28,196 nucleotides of DNA from Candidatus Iainarchaeum sp. (GTDB taxonomy: Archaea; Iainarchaeota; Iainarchaeia; Iainarchaeales; Iainarchaeaceae), in NCBI GenBank assembly GCA_038895675.1, contig JAWANB010000007.1, positions 1 through 28,196 on the forward strand. Reading direction: 5' to 3'. Shown piece after piece: positions 16,206 to 24,746 of this stretch; within the stretch, counting starts at the first letter, position 1, and each line of letters begins with the position of its first letter. The notes below the pieces were generated by a model, which saw only the letters and a program-made list of their open reading frames with translations, did not search any database and was not told where the DNA came from. The position numbers and the translations under genes were made by a program.

Positions 16206-17840
16206 TTATTTTTCACCTTCTTTTTCGTTGTTTTGTGCTTCGTTTTCTTTTTGTTCTTCTAGTTTAAGGTGCTTGAGCACTATATTATGCAGCTTGTTTT
16301 CTATTTGTGTTCTGTTTTTTCCTGTTAATTCTGACAATGCTATTGCTATTTCTGTCGCGTATTTATAGTACATTTTTCTTTTCGCTTCTTTTTCTGCGGC
16401 TCTTCTTATTTGTCCTATGTGTGTGTATATTTTTCTTCCTATGTCCATTATTGCTAATCTTAGTTCTTCCATTATTTCTTCTTCGTCGCTTATTGCTTGT
16501 TTGCCTGCTGAAGTGTAGGGTATGTGTACTGAGATAAGGTTTACCATTATCGTTATTGGTGTGTTTTCTAAGTCTTTTATGCCGTATCTTTTCCAGTCTA
16601 TGCTTTGAACTGCTTTTGTTATTGCGCAGCCTCCTTGGTCAAATAGTAGTGGCGCTTTGTTTGCAAATCTCATTATTTCCATTTTTCTTTGTATTTGTCC
16701 GTTTTCATCTGGTTCTCCTAATTTTCCTGCTTCTCCGCCGTAAGCTATTCCTGCTTCTACTTGGAATGGAAAGCCTCCTTTGTATACTGTTGGTTTTCTT
16801 GTTACCACTGATATGAACTCTGGTTTTACTATGTTTTGTAGGCTTTTTCTTATTCTTTCTTCTCCTATTGGTATTAGTCCTTCTGTTCTTGGTGCTATAA
16901 AATTTATTTTTTTGAACATGTTTACTATTTGTTCTGCTTCTTCCCATGTAAGTTGTTTTGGGTCTTTGTTTATGTCAAACTTTATTCCTTTTTGTATTTC
17001 TTCTATTGCCTTGTCTCCTACTCTGTCGAAAGTATTTTTTAGGAAAGTAGATACTTTTTGTGAGTCTGAGTATCGTGCTAATGTATAGACTTCGTCAACG
17101 TTAACGCCTTTTGGGTGTGGCTTCATTTCTATTGGTCTTCCAGGTAGTTCTTTTAGTGTTCTTTTGAAGACTATTTTTTGTCCTGTTGGGTCTATGAAAG
17201 TTATTTGAGCATGAGGGTTTGCTATTGCGGTTCTTCTCAAGTATTCTAATGGTGCTTGTTCAGAGTTTACGTATTTTACTCCTTTGAACTTTGCTTTTAT
17301 TATCGTGCCTCTAAATTCTTTGTCTAATTCTTGCATGTTTGCTATTTTTGGCTCGTTTTTTTTGGGGTCTATTGTTATTTCTAATGATATTGGTTTTCCT
17401 TTTCCTGTTCCTGTGATTACTTGTACTGGTTTTCCGGTTGTTATTTGTGATAGCATTGTGCAGCCAGAGGCTCCTATTCCTTGTTGTCCTCTTGTTTGGA
17501 TCATTCTGTGGAATTTGGTTCCTGCTAATAGTTTTCCTAACGCTTTTCCTACTGTTTCTTTTGTTAAGCCTGGTCCATTATCTTTTGCTATTACTTCGTA
17601 AAATTCTTCGCCTATTTCTTTAATTTGGATTTCTATTTCTGGTAGTATGTGTGCTTCTTCGCATGCGTCTATCGAGTTGGTGACGTATTCGTGGACTATT
17701 GTTGTTAATGTTTTTATTTTTCCTGTTAGTCCTAACATTTGCATGTTTTTTTTGAAGAATTCTGCAACAGAATGTTCTTTGAATTCTGCTGCCATTTCTT
17801 CTGCAGTTTTTCCTTTTGTTTCATTGTTTTTTTCAGTCAT
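16206..17840 (-). CDS. top6B: DNA topoisomerase VI subunit B
   Basis: SVAEFFKKN, GHKL motifs E...NSIDA, DNGPG and RGQQGIG, H2TH region, RFANK.PL and SAGKQAI. Confidence 0.97.
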   Translation of the reverse strand: MTEKNNETKGKTAEEMAAEFKEHSVAEFFKKNMQMLGLTGKIKTLTTIVHEYVTNSIDACEEAHILPEIEIQIKEIGEEFYEVIAKDNGPGLTKETVGKALGKLLAGTKFHRMIQTRGQQGIGASGCTMLSQITTGKPVQVITGTGKGKPISLEITIDPKKNEPKIANMQELDKEFRGTIIKAKFKGVKYVNSEQAPLEYLRRTAIANPHAQITFIDPTGQKIVFKRTLKELPGRPIEMKPHPKGVNVDEVYTLARYSDSQKVSTFLKNTFDRVGDKAIEEIQKGIKFDINKDPKQLTWEEAEQIVNMFKKINFIAPRTEGLIPIGEERIRKSLQNIVKPEFISVVTRKPTVYKGGFPFQVEAGIAYGGEAGKLGEPDENGQIQRKMEIMRFANKAPLLFDQGGCAITKAVQSIDWKRYGIKDLENTPITIMVNLISVHIPYTSAGKQAISDEEEIMEELRLAIMDIGRKIYTHIGQIRRAAEKEAKRKMYYKYATEIAIALSELTGKNRTQIENKLHNIVLKHLKLEEQKENEAQNNEKEGEK

Positions 17841-17855
17841 CTCATCACTTTGACT

Positions 17856-18383
17856 TCATAACTCAAATTCTTGATTATAGTATTTGTTTTTTAATGATTC
17901 GTATGCTGTCGAGTGACTTGCTCCAAAAAGTAGTAATTGTATTGCTTTTTTTGCTTTTTCTACATCTTCATTTTTTCCTATTATGCTTATGGTTTTTCCA
18001 TACACTGATATTTTTACGTTTGATTCTTGTTCTATTTCTTTTCTTGCTTTGCCTTTTCTTCCTATGACTCTTCCTTTTTTTGCTTTCATTTTGTTTTCGT
18101 TTTTTCCTATTATTTCTCTCAACTCTATTATTTCTAATATGTTGTCATCAATTAGTAGTAGCATTGCATTTTCTGGTGAAAATCCTCTTGCTATTGCTTT
18201 CACTATTTTTATTGCTTTCATAAAGTCTATGGCGTTGCCTTTCATTGTTATTTCTATTTCGCCTGTAGAGCTGTCTATTTCTATTTTTGTTTTCGTGTTT
18301 TTTTCTATTCTTTTTTTTGTTTGACCTTTTGGGCCTATTAGGACTCCTATCCTATCGTGTGGTATTAGTAGGTATTCTGTCAT
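17856..18383 (-). CDS. KH-domain RNA-binding protein (Dim2/Pno1-like, ribosome biogenesis)
   Basis: RIGVLIGPKG, AIARGFSPENA, GRVIGRKG, ISVYGKT.SIIG and GA.H...Y. Usual position upstream of top6B. Confidence 0.9.
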   Translation of the reverse strand: MTEYLLIPHDRIGVLIGPKGQTKKRIEKNTKTKIEIDSSTGEIEITMKGNAIDFMKAIKIVKAIARGFSPENAMLLLIDDNILEIIELREIIGKNENKMKAKKGRVIGRKGKARKEIEQESNVKISVYGKTISIIGKNEDVEKAKKAIQLLLFGASHSTAYESLKNKYYNQEFEL

Positions 18384-18431
18384 TCTTATTCATATGTGGC
18401 TTAAGTATTTTTAATTTGAGTTTTTTTTTTG

Positions 18432-19247
18432 TTATTTGTTATAGAATTTTTGTATTACAAAAATTAGTATTCCTACAAAAAATATTCCTGAAATCAAGCC
18501 CCATAAAACAATGTATGTCAAGTCAATGCCTGCTTCTTTGGGGCTTTGTGCTGAAACAGGCGTTATTGTTTCTTCTGGTTCTTGGCTTTGTGTTTTTTGT
18601 ATGCTTGGTTTTGTTGTAATTTGTTGTGGCGAGTCTCTTATTTCTATTTTACCTTCTTCTAAGGCAAGTATTTTGGTTATTGTGTCATAATTTGTAGTTT
18701 TTTCTTTTGAGTCTAAGTATATTATTATTGTGTATTCTCCTGGCTCAAATTTCCATTCTTTTTTGAGTTTGTAGTTAAGTGTTTTTTTTGCTCCTAAAAA
18801 GGTTGTTGTTTCTGTTGTGCTATAAATTGTTTTTGTGTCGCTCTTTATTGTTGCTGAAACGCTGAAAGCTTGTGCTCTTGTAAGGCCGTTATAGATTTGA
18901 ATTGTTATATTGGCTGTTTTTTGTTCTTGATTTAAATCTACTTGAATTTGTTTTATTATTGGTTTCTCTTCAACACTTGTTGTGCCACTGCTGACAGCTG
19001 AATTGCCAGAAGTTGTTCCGCTGCTTGACCCAGTGTTTTGTGTTGGGCTTCCTTGGTTTTCAGGTGATGTTTGGCATTGTCCGCAGTCTTGTGGGCAGTT
19101 GATGCAGCTTTCGCCTTGGTCGCATGTAGAGTTGCCGCACGTTGCTATTGGTGGCCCTTCTACTACTTCATAAGTGACTCCTAATGTTAATGGTATTATT
19201 GCTATTGCTAATATTACTAAACATACTAATAATTTTTTTTTCCTCAC
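18432..19247 (-). CDS. Secreted, C-terminally anchored surface protein with a Cys-rich motif
   Basis: Signal peptide, CGNSTCDQGESCINCPQDCGQC, Ser/Thr/Gly linker, beta-rich (Ig/CARDB-like) domain and a C-terminal TM helix. Confidence 0.8.
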   Translation of the reverse strand: MRKKKLLVCLVILAIAIIPLTLGVTYEVVEGPPIATCGNSTCDQGESCINCPQDCGQCQTSPENQGSPTQNTGSSSGTTSGNSAVSSGTTSVEEKPIIKQIQVDLNQEQKTANITIQIYNGLTRAQAFSVSATIKSDTKTIYSTTETTTFLGAKKTLNYKLKKEWKFEPGEYTIIIYLDSKEKTTNYDTITKILALEEGKIEIRDSPQQITTKPSIQKTQSQEPEETITPVSAQSPKEAGIDLTYIVLWGLISGIFFVGILIFVIQKFYNK

Positions 19248-19290
19248 TATTCCAAGAGGTTTTTGTTATATAAATATCTTTTTTTTGCCT

Positions 19291-19308
19291 TTGCTTTGTA
19301 GAAATCAT
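19291..19308. promoter_or_regulatory. 18-bp imperfect dyad motif, copy 1 (candidate transcription-factor site)
   Basis: TTGCTTTGTAGAAATCAT, identical to 24626-24643. Lies 16 nt upstream of a minus-strand TTTATATA box (19274-19267). Confidence 0.5.
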
Positions 19309-19502
19309 TTTTGCTTTTTTAAGGTCGTTAGCTTGTTTTGATAGACAAAGTCAATTTTTTGTTTTCTTTTTTTGTAACTTTTGTTTGATTTAAAACTCAT
19401 TTCTAAAGAGCCTTTGCCTATGTTATTAATGTTATTGCATGAGTCATAATACTGATTTTCTGTTTTAGTGTTAATTAAATTTAGTTTTGTTGTTATTATT
19501 TT

Positions 19503-20279
19503 ATGGTTTTTTCATTTGATTTTGAATTGTTAGGTAAAAGGATAAGGCGAGAAAAAGACAGACGTATTTTTGCAAAGGTTTTTGACGCCAAGACTTTTGA
19601 CGCTATTCAATATCTTGCTAGTAGGAATCATTTTGATGTTTTGGAGCATATAATTAGTACTGGTAAAGAGGCTCATGTTTTTGTTGCTACTGATTTGGCT
19701 GGCAATTTGAGGGCTGTTAAAATCTATAAAAAACAAACTACCGACTTCAAGTCAATGTCTGATTATATTCTTGGGGATAAAAGGTTTAAGGAGGTGCGAA
19801 AGGAAATTAATTCTTTGATTTCTCTTTGGGCTAAAAAAGAGTTTAGTAATTTGGTTGTTGCTATGCGTGCTGGGTTGAATTCGCCTTTTCCTGTTGCTTT
19901 TAAGGATAATGTTGTTGTGATGGAGTTTATTGGTAGTAATGGTAATCCTGCTCTTAGGCTAAAGGACGTTGGTTTCGTTAGTTCTGATGCTGAAGACTAT
20001 TATTCACAAGTAGTCTATTTTGTGGCTAAGTTATATTTGAGTGGTTTAATTCATGCTGATCTTTCTGAATACAATATTTTGGTTCAGGGTAAAAAGCTTT
20101 GGTTCATTGATTTTGCACAGGCTGTTTTGCATTCGCATCCAATGGCTAAGTTTTTTTTTGAACGCGATATTTTGAACATGTCTTCTTATTTTTCAAAGCA
20201 TGGTTTTAAGGTTAGTTTTGAAAAGATGCTTTTTGATGTAAAGGCTAAAAAAGACGAGTTGGCATCAGGCATCAAATAG
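19503..20279 (+). CDS. rio1: RIO1-family atypical serine kinase
   Basis: ISTGKEAHVF, AVKIY, WAKKEF.NL, VMEFIG, IHADLSEYNIL and IDFAQAV. Confidence 0.95.
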   Translation: MVFSFDFELLGKRIRREKDRRIFAKVFDAKTFDAIQYLASRNHFDVLEHIISTGKEAHVFVATDLAGNLRAVKIYKKQTTDFKSMSDYILGDKRFKEVRKEINSLISLWAKKEFSNLVVAMRAGLNSPFPVAFKDNVVVMEFIGSNGNPALRLKDVGFVSSDAEDYYSQVVYFVAKLYLSGLIHADLSEYNILVQGKKLWFIDFAQAVLHSHPMAKFFFERDILNMSSYFSKHGFKVSFEKMLFDVKAKKDELASGIK

Positions 20280-20354
20280 CCTTGTATTTCTTTTTTTTGT
20301 GATTTTTTTGTAATAATATAGCTTTTTTTAATTGGTTTGCTATTCTTTATATTC

Positions 20355-20807
20355 ATGGATGTAGTAGCCAAGTTGCGTGAGTTGTTGCCTAAAAGAGAGA
20401 GAAATCTGGCTGTTTTTGTTGATGGCCCTAACATTTTAAGGAAAGAGTTGAATGTTAGTTTGGCTGATATTAAAAAGAGTGTTGAAAAATTTGGTAGAAT
20501 TAAGATTGGAAGAGTTTTTGTTAATCAGTATGCTTCTAATAAGCTTGTTGAGGCTGTTGTTAACCATGGTTTTGAAAGCGTAATAACCATGGGTGATGTT
20601 GATGTTTCAATGGTTGCTGATGCTGTCGAGGCTGTCTTTAATCCTAATATTCACGTGATTGTTTTTGTTACTCGTGATTCTGATTTTTTGCCTGCTATTT
20701 TGAAGGCTAAAAGGGAAGGTAAGGAAACTATTGTTTTGACGGCTGAAGAAGCTAGTTCTTCTTCTTTAAAGAATAATGCTGACAAGGTAATTGTTATTGG
20801 AAAGTGA
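20355..20807 (+). CDS. NYN-domain (PIN-like, LabA/TIGR00288-type) protein
   Basis: VFVDGPN, DVDV.M..DA, TRDSDFLP and GKETIV. ATG at 20355 is preferred. Confidence 0.88.
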   Translation: MDVVAKLRELLPKRERNLAVFVDGPNILRKELNVSLADIKKSVEKFGRIKIGRVFVNQYASNKLVEAVVNHGFESVITMGDVDVSMVADAVEAVFNPNIHVIVFVTRDSDFLPAILKAKREGKETIVLTAEEASSSSLKNNADKVIVIGK

Positions 20808-21304
20808 TTGTTATGAATTTACCTGTAGGTGAGATAATAACTCAAGGTCTGAATTTGAAAGAGGTTGATATCAAAAAGCTTTTGGAAGGCCTTTGTGAGA
20901 AGTCGTTTTCAGGCTATTTTATTTCTACTTTGAATGGAGTGAGCGGTATTGAGGAAGGTGCGCTTATTTTCAAGGACGGTTTTATAATTGCGTCTTTTTA
21001 TGAATACGAGTGTAATAAAATTACTATTTTTGGCAAGACTTCTTTGGAACATGTCTTTAATTCTTTCGTTGCAGAGTATTGTATAGCTGATATTGTGGGT
21101 CTTTCTAATCAGCAAGTTGATTTGGTGACGGCGTTCAACGACAAGGCGAAGCTTGAAGTGCCTCTTCAAAAGGGTGACCTTGGTAAAATGTTGCCTAAAA
21201 TTTTTTCTAAAGAGTTAGGGTTAAAAGTTATTAGTTCTTCTTCTGATAAAAGTGATAAGTCTGACATTTATAAGAAACTTGGTTTGAGTGAATTGGGTGT
21301 TTGA
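20804..21304 (+). CDS. DUF2226-like protein
   Basis: MNLP.G, FSGY......G..GIEEG.LIFKDG.I pattern, recognised by eye. Overlaps the NYN stop (GTGA). Confidence 0.65.
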   Translation: MIVMNLPVGEIITQGLNLKEVDIKKLLEGLCEKSFSGYFISTLNGVSGIEEGALIFKDGFIIASFYEYECNKITIFGKTSLEHVFNSFVAEYCIADIVGLSNQQVDLVTAFNDKAKLEVPLQKGDLGKMLPKIFSKELGLKVISSSSDKSDKSDIYKKLGLSELGV

Positions 21305-21305
21305 A

Positions 21306-21773
21306 ATGTTAAAGGGTTTGAGAATTGTTTTGAAGAAATTTGCTGAGAAAGTTTTGGATGTTGACGATACTTCCAAACCAGAGCATCAATTGTTGTTATT
21401 AAAAGACTATTCTGAAAATTTTAAGTTTTCTGAGAAGCCTTCTGACATGAAAGGTTTTTTGAACTTGTTAAAAAAGAAGCATTTGGTTGATGATATTGTT
21501 GTAAGCACTTTGTCTGGTAATTCTCTTGTTTCTTTGAATGGTGATTCTTTTTCTCAAGCCATTTCTGGCGCTGCTTTGTTCAATTATGTTAAGGCAGAAT
21601 TGCCAAAGAGTGAAGCTGTTTTGGTTAAGTCTAACGGTTGGCACATGATTTTTCAATTTAATAGTAAGTTGTATATAGTGAAGGCTTCATCAAGTCTAAC
21701 TAACCCTGAGCTTCATGCTTTGGCTAAGGAAATAGAAAATTTTATTGCTAAAAATGGTTTTTTGCAAAATTGA
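21306..21773 (+). CDS. Hypothetical protein with a possible roadblock/LC7-like fold
   Basis: C-terminal ~110 aa follow a helix, IVVSTLSG..LVS, helix (A...AALF), three strands, helix pattern. Starts 1 nt after the upstream stop. Confidence 0.55.
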   Translation: MLKGLRIVLKKFAEKVLDVDDTSKPEHQLLLLKDYSENFKFSEKPSDMKGFLNLLKKKHLVDDIVVSTLSGNSLVSLNGDSFSQAISGAALFNYVKAELPKSEAVLVKSNGWHMIFQFNSKLYIVKASSSLTNPELHALAKEIENFIAKNGFLQN

Positions 21774-21825
21774 TTTTTTTTTGTTTATGCTAAAAAATAA
21801 AAAGTGTCTTTGGGTGAACTATTAA

Positions 21826-22842
21826 ATGGTTATTACTTTCAAAGTTGCCAAGTGTGATAGGTGCAATGAGGAATCAAAAATACTTTTGCCTTATGGCCCT
21901 CATAAGTTTTGTCATTCTCATTTTATAGAATTTTTTGAGAACAGGGTAAAGCGTACTACTTCAAAAGCTAAAATGGTAAAGTATAATGAAAAAATAGCCG
22001 TGGCTGTTTCAGGCGGCAAAGATTCTATGACTACTTTGTACTTGCTTAATAAGTTGTTTTCTGAGACTAATCAAATAGAAGCAATAATGGTTGATGAAGG
22101 AATAAAGGGTTATAGGGATAAAGCAATAGAGGTCGCAATTAATTTTTGCGAAACTCACAATATTAAGTATCATGTGTTAAGCTTCAAAAGAGAGTTGGGT
22201 GTAGAAACTAAACAAATAATGGAAAAAATACTTTTTGACAAAAAACTCGGGAGTACTTGTGCTTTTTGTGGTGTGTTGAGGAGAAAGTTATTGAATGAAA
22301 AGGCGAAGGAAATAGGTGCTCATAAAATTGCTACTGGTCATAATTTGGATGACGAATGTCAGAGCATAGTAATGAATTTTTTTGACAATGATTTAGTGGG
22401 TTTGTTGAGGACTACTGAAAGAATGGAGAAAAAGTATTACGATTTGGTTCCGAGAATAAAGCCTCTTTATGAGACGCCTGAAAAAGAAGTTATAGCTTAT
22501 ACTGCTATTTGTGGAATAGAGCATTATAGCAATGAGTGTTGTCCTTATTCTTGGACTTCTAAGCGAAGCTATTATAGAAAAATGTTGAATGAACTTGAAG
22601 AACAGTTCCCTGGCACAAAGTATAAAATATTAGAAATGCATAGTAGGCTAAAGAGAAAGGTAATATTAGGCATTCAAAAGGAAATAGGTAAATGTGTTGT
22701 TTGTAATAATCCTACTGCTTCTAAAGATGTTTTGAAGTGTTCTGCGTGCAAGCAATTGGAGAAAATAAATAATGTTAAAGAAGGGAAAAAGAGAGTTAAA
22801 GAAAACCTGAATTTAAGTTGTACTGCTAAATATAATTTGTAA
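21826..22842 (+). CDS. ttuA: tRNA 2-thiolation protein, TtuA/NcsA (TIGR00269-like)
   Basis: N-terminal CxxC..CxxH, PP-loop SGGKDS, CAFCGVLRR, TGHNLDDE, RIKPL, CPY and a C-terminal CxxC..CxxC. A GGTGA RBS lies upstream. Confidence 0.88.
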   Translation: MVITFKVAKCDRCNEESKILLPYGPHKFCHSHFIEFFENRVKRTTSKAKMVKYNEKIAVAVSGGKDSMTTLYLLNKLFSETNQIEAIMVDEGIKGYRDKAIEVAINFCETHNIKYHVLSFKRELGVETKQIMEKILFDKKLGSTCAFCGVLRRKLLNEKAKEIGAHKIATGHNLDDECQSIVMNFFDNDLVGLLRTTERMEKKYYDLVPRIKPLYETPEKEVIAYTAICGIEHYSNECCPYSWTSKRSYYRKMLNELEEQFPGTKYKILEMHSRLKRKVILGIQKEIGKCVVCNNPTASKDVLKCSACKQLEKINNVKEGKKRVKENLNLSCTAKYNL

Positions 22843-22911
22843 AGTCGTAAATAAAGCATTCGTGGGTTTTAAAAGTACTATTTAAAATACCTTAATAGTG
22901 ATGCCATAATT

Positions 22912-23319
22912 ATGGACTATGAAAAAATGTTGCAACGTGCTATAATGTCTTTGCCTGAAAAAAGTTTGACTAAAGAAAGGTTCGAGTTGCCTACTTTGCA
23001 GACCATAGTTGAAGGTAAGAAAACTATAATAAAGAATTTTTCTCAGGCAATGAAGGCTATTTCGAGAGAAGAAAGGCAATTCTATAAGTACTTGACTAAA
23101 GAAACTGCTACTGCTGGCACGATTGAGGAAGGTAAGTTGGTTTTGTCTGGAAAGTTTTTTCCTGATGCTATAAACAAGTTGTTTGCTAATTATTTGAAAG
23201 AGTATGTTTTGTGTCATGTGTGTGGGAAGCCTGATACTCAAATAATTGATAAAAGTGGTATAAAGGTGTTGAAGTGTACCGCTTGTGGTGCTATTAGTCC
23301 TTTAAAAAAACTTGGGTGA
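22912..23319 (+). CDS. eif2b: Translation initiation factor aIF-2 beta subunit
   Basis: YE.ML.RA, ERFELP, KTIIKNF and the Zn ribbon YVLCHVCGKPDT...CTACGA. Confidence 0.95.
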   Translation: MDYEKMLQRAIMSLPEKSLTKERFELPTLQTIVEGKKTIIKNFSQAMKAISREERQFYKYLTKETATAGTIEEGKLVLSGKFFPDAINKLFANYLKEYVLCHVCGKPDTQIIDKSGIKVLKCTACGAISPLKKLG

Positions 23320-23614
23320 CAAATTGTATTGTAAGCTTCATAAAATACAAAATAATATAGTGCTTGCTTGTTGTGATAATGAGCTTTTGGGGAAGTCATT
23401 TAGAGAGCGAGGCGTTGAAATAAAGGTGAGTGAAAGTTTTTATGGCAATGTTGAAATTTCAAAAGATGAGGCGTTGAGAATGTTGAAAGAAGCTAATAGT
23501 GTTAACTTGTTAGGTAATGAGTCGGTGAAATTAGCTATTGATGAAAAAATAGTTTCAAAGTCAGAAGTGGTTAAAGTTGCAGGTTTGGAGCATGTTGTGA
23601 TAATAAAAGTTTAG
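23312..23614 (+). CDS. DUF424 family protein
   Basis: VLACCD.ELLGK.F, VSESFYG and NLLG.ESV..AI. Usual neighbour of aIF-2beta. Confidence 0.85.
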   Translation: MGDKLYCKLHKIQNNIVLACCDNELLGKSFRERGVEIKVSESFYGNVEISKDEALRMLKEANSVNLLGNESVKLAIDEKIVSKSEVVKVAGLEHVVIIKV

Positions 23615-23625
23615 GTTGTGTGTAA

Positions 23626-23955
23626 ATGAGTGTAGAAAAAGAAAAAGATGAAAATCAAATTCAGGAAGAAATAAAGAAAATTCCTTTGCCTAAAAAGGAG
23701 AATTTGGAAATGTTTGGCATGGTTGTTCAGTTGCATGGTTCTAATCAAGTGAAAATACTTTGTGAGGATGGTTTAGAGAGAATTTGTAGGATTCCTGGTA
23801 GAATGAAGAAAAAAACGTGGTTGAGGGAAAGAGATATAGTGATAATAAAGTTGTGGGATTTTCAGCCGAGCAAGGCTGATGTTGTTTGGCGTTATTTAGG
23901 GACTCATGTAGAGCATTTGAAAAAGAAGGGTTTGTTAAAGAATTTTGATGTTTGA
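23626..23955 (+). CDS. eif1a: Translation initiation factor aIF-1A
   Basis: MFG.VVQL.G, CEDG.ER.CRIPGRMKK..W.RE.D.V, WDFQ..KADVVWRY. Confidence 0.96.
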   Translation: MSVEKEKDENQIQEEIKKIPLPKKENLEMFGMVVQLHGSNQVKILCEDGLERICRIPGRMKKKTWLRERDIVIIKLWDFQPSKADVVWRYLGTHVEHLKKKGLLKNFDV

Positions 23956-23957
23956 TT

Positions 23958-24575
23958 TTATAAGAAAATGCTTTTTATTGTGTTTATCCCATAGTATGCT
24001 GACAATGCTATTATAATGTACCTTGTTGTTTTGCCTGCTAATGCTGCTATAAAAAATTTTTTTGGGTTGTACTTTAGCATGCCTGCTGTTATGCCTATTA
24101 TGTCAAATGGGAAAGGTACTACTGCTGAAAAGTAAATAAAGTACATTCCTAAATTGTCTATGTTTTCTCTTATCTGTTTCATTTTTTCTGCATCTATTTT
24201 TTTTGTTTTTTCTAATATGTTGCTTCCTAGCGCTCCTGCTATGTATGCGCTCATTTCTCCTATTCCTGCACCTAAACCCAAGACTAATGCTATTATTATT
24301 GTTTCTGTTATTGAGTTTGTTTGGCTTGCTAACGCTAAAAATAGTATGTCTATTGGCATTGGTAGTAAGACTGTTGCGTTTGCTATTATTGATGCTATGA
24401 AAAGCCCTAATAATCCATAGCCACTCGCGAGTTGGGTTATTATGTTTTTGTTGGTTAATAAAATGTAAATTAGTATTGTGATTATGATTAATATTATGCC
24501 GTATTTTAAGTAATTACCTATTTTTTGTGATTTTTCTAAAATGAGTATGTCTCTTAAAGATCTTGGTTTTCTCAT
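23958..24575 (-). CDS. DedA/VTT (SNARE-associated) family membrane protein
   Basis: YGLLGLF, LPMP, GAGIGE..AY..G, P.PFDIIGI.AG and FFIAALAGK..RY. Confidence 0.88.
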   Translation of the reverse strand: MRKPRSLRDILILEKSQKIGNYLKYGIILIIITILIYILLTNKNIITQLASGYGLLGLFIASIIANATVLLPMPIDILFLALASQTNSITETIIIALVLGLGAGIGEMSAYIAGALGSNILEKTKKIDAEKMKQIRENIDNLGMYFIYFSAVVPFPFDIIGITAGMLKYNPKKFFIAALAGKTTRYIIIALSAYYGINTIKSIFL

Positions 24576-24625
24576 GTTTGACTAATATTTTTTTTGTTTT
24601 TATTTTAAAATCATTTGTTTTGTTG

Positions 24626-24643
24626 TTGCTTTGTAGAAATCAT
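24626..24643. promoter_or_regulatory. 18-bp imperfect dyad motif, copy 2
   Basis: TTGCTTTGTAGAAATCAT. Lies 16 nt upstream of a minus-strand TTTAAAAT box (24609-24602) preceding the DedA gene. Confidence 0.5.
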
Positions 24644-24746
24644 GTTGTCTTTTTTAGGCTTTTTTTTTGTTTTTTGTTTTAAAGTCTTTTTGTCATTGTT
24701 TTTGTTTGTTTTATGAATTGTTGTTATTAGTTGAAGAAAGTCAATT

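Noticed and set aside
19291..19308. Resemblance of the minus-strand ATTTCTAC to a Cas12a repeat
   Set aside because: Only 8 nt match, the complementary GTAGAT arm is missing, and the copies are isolated rather than arrayed.
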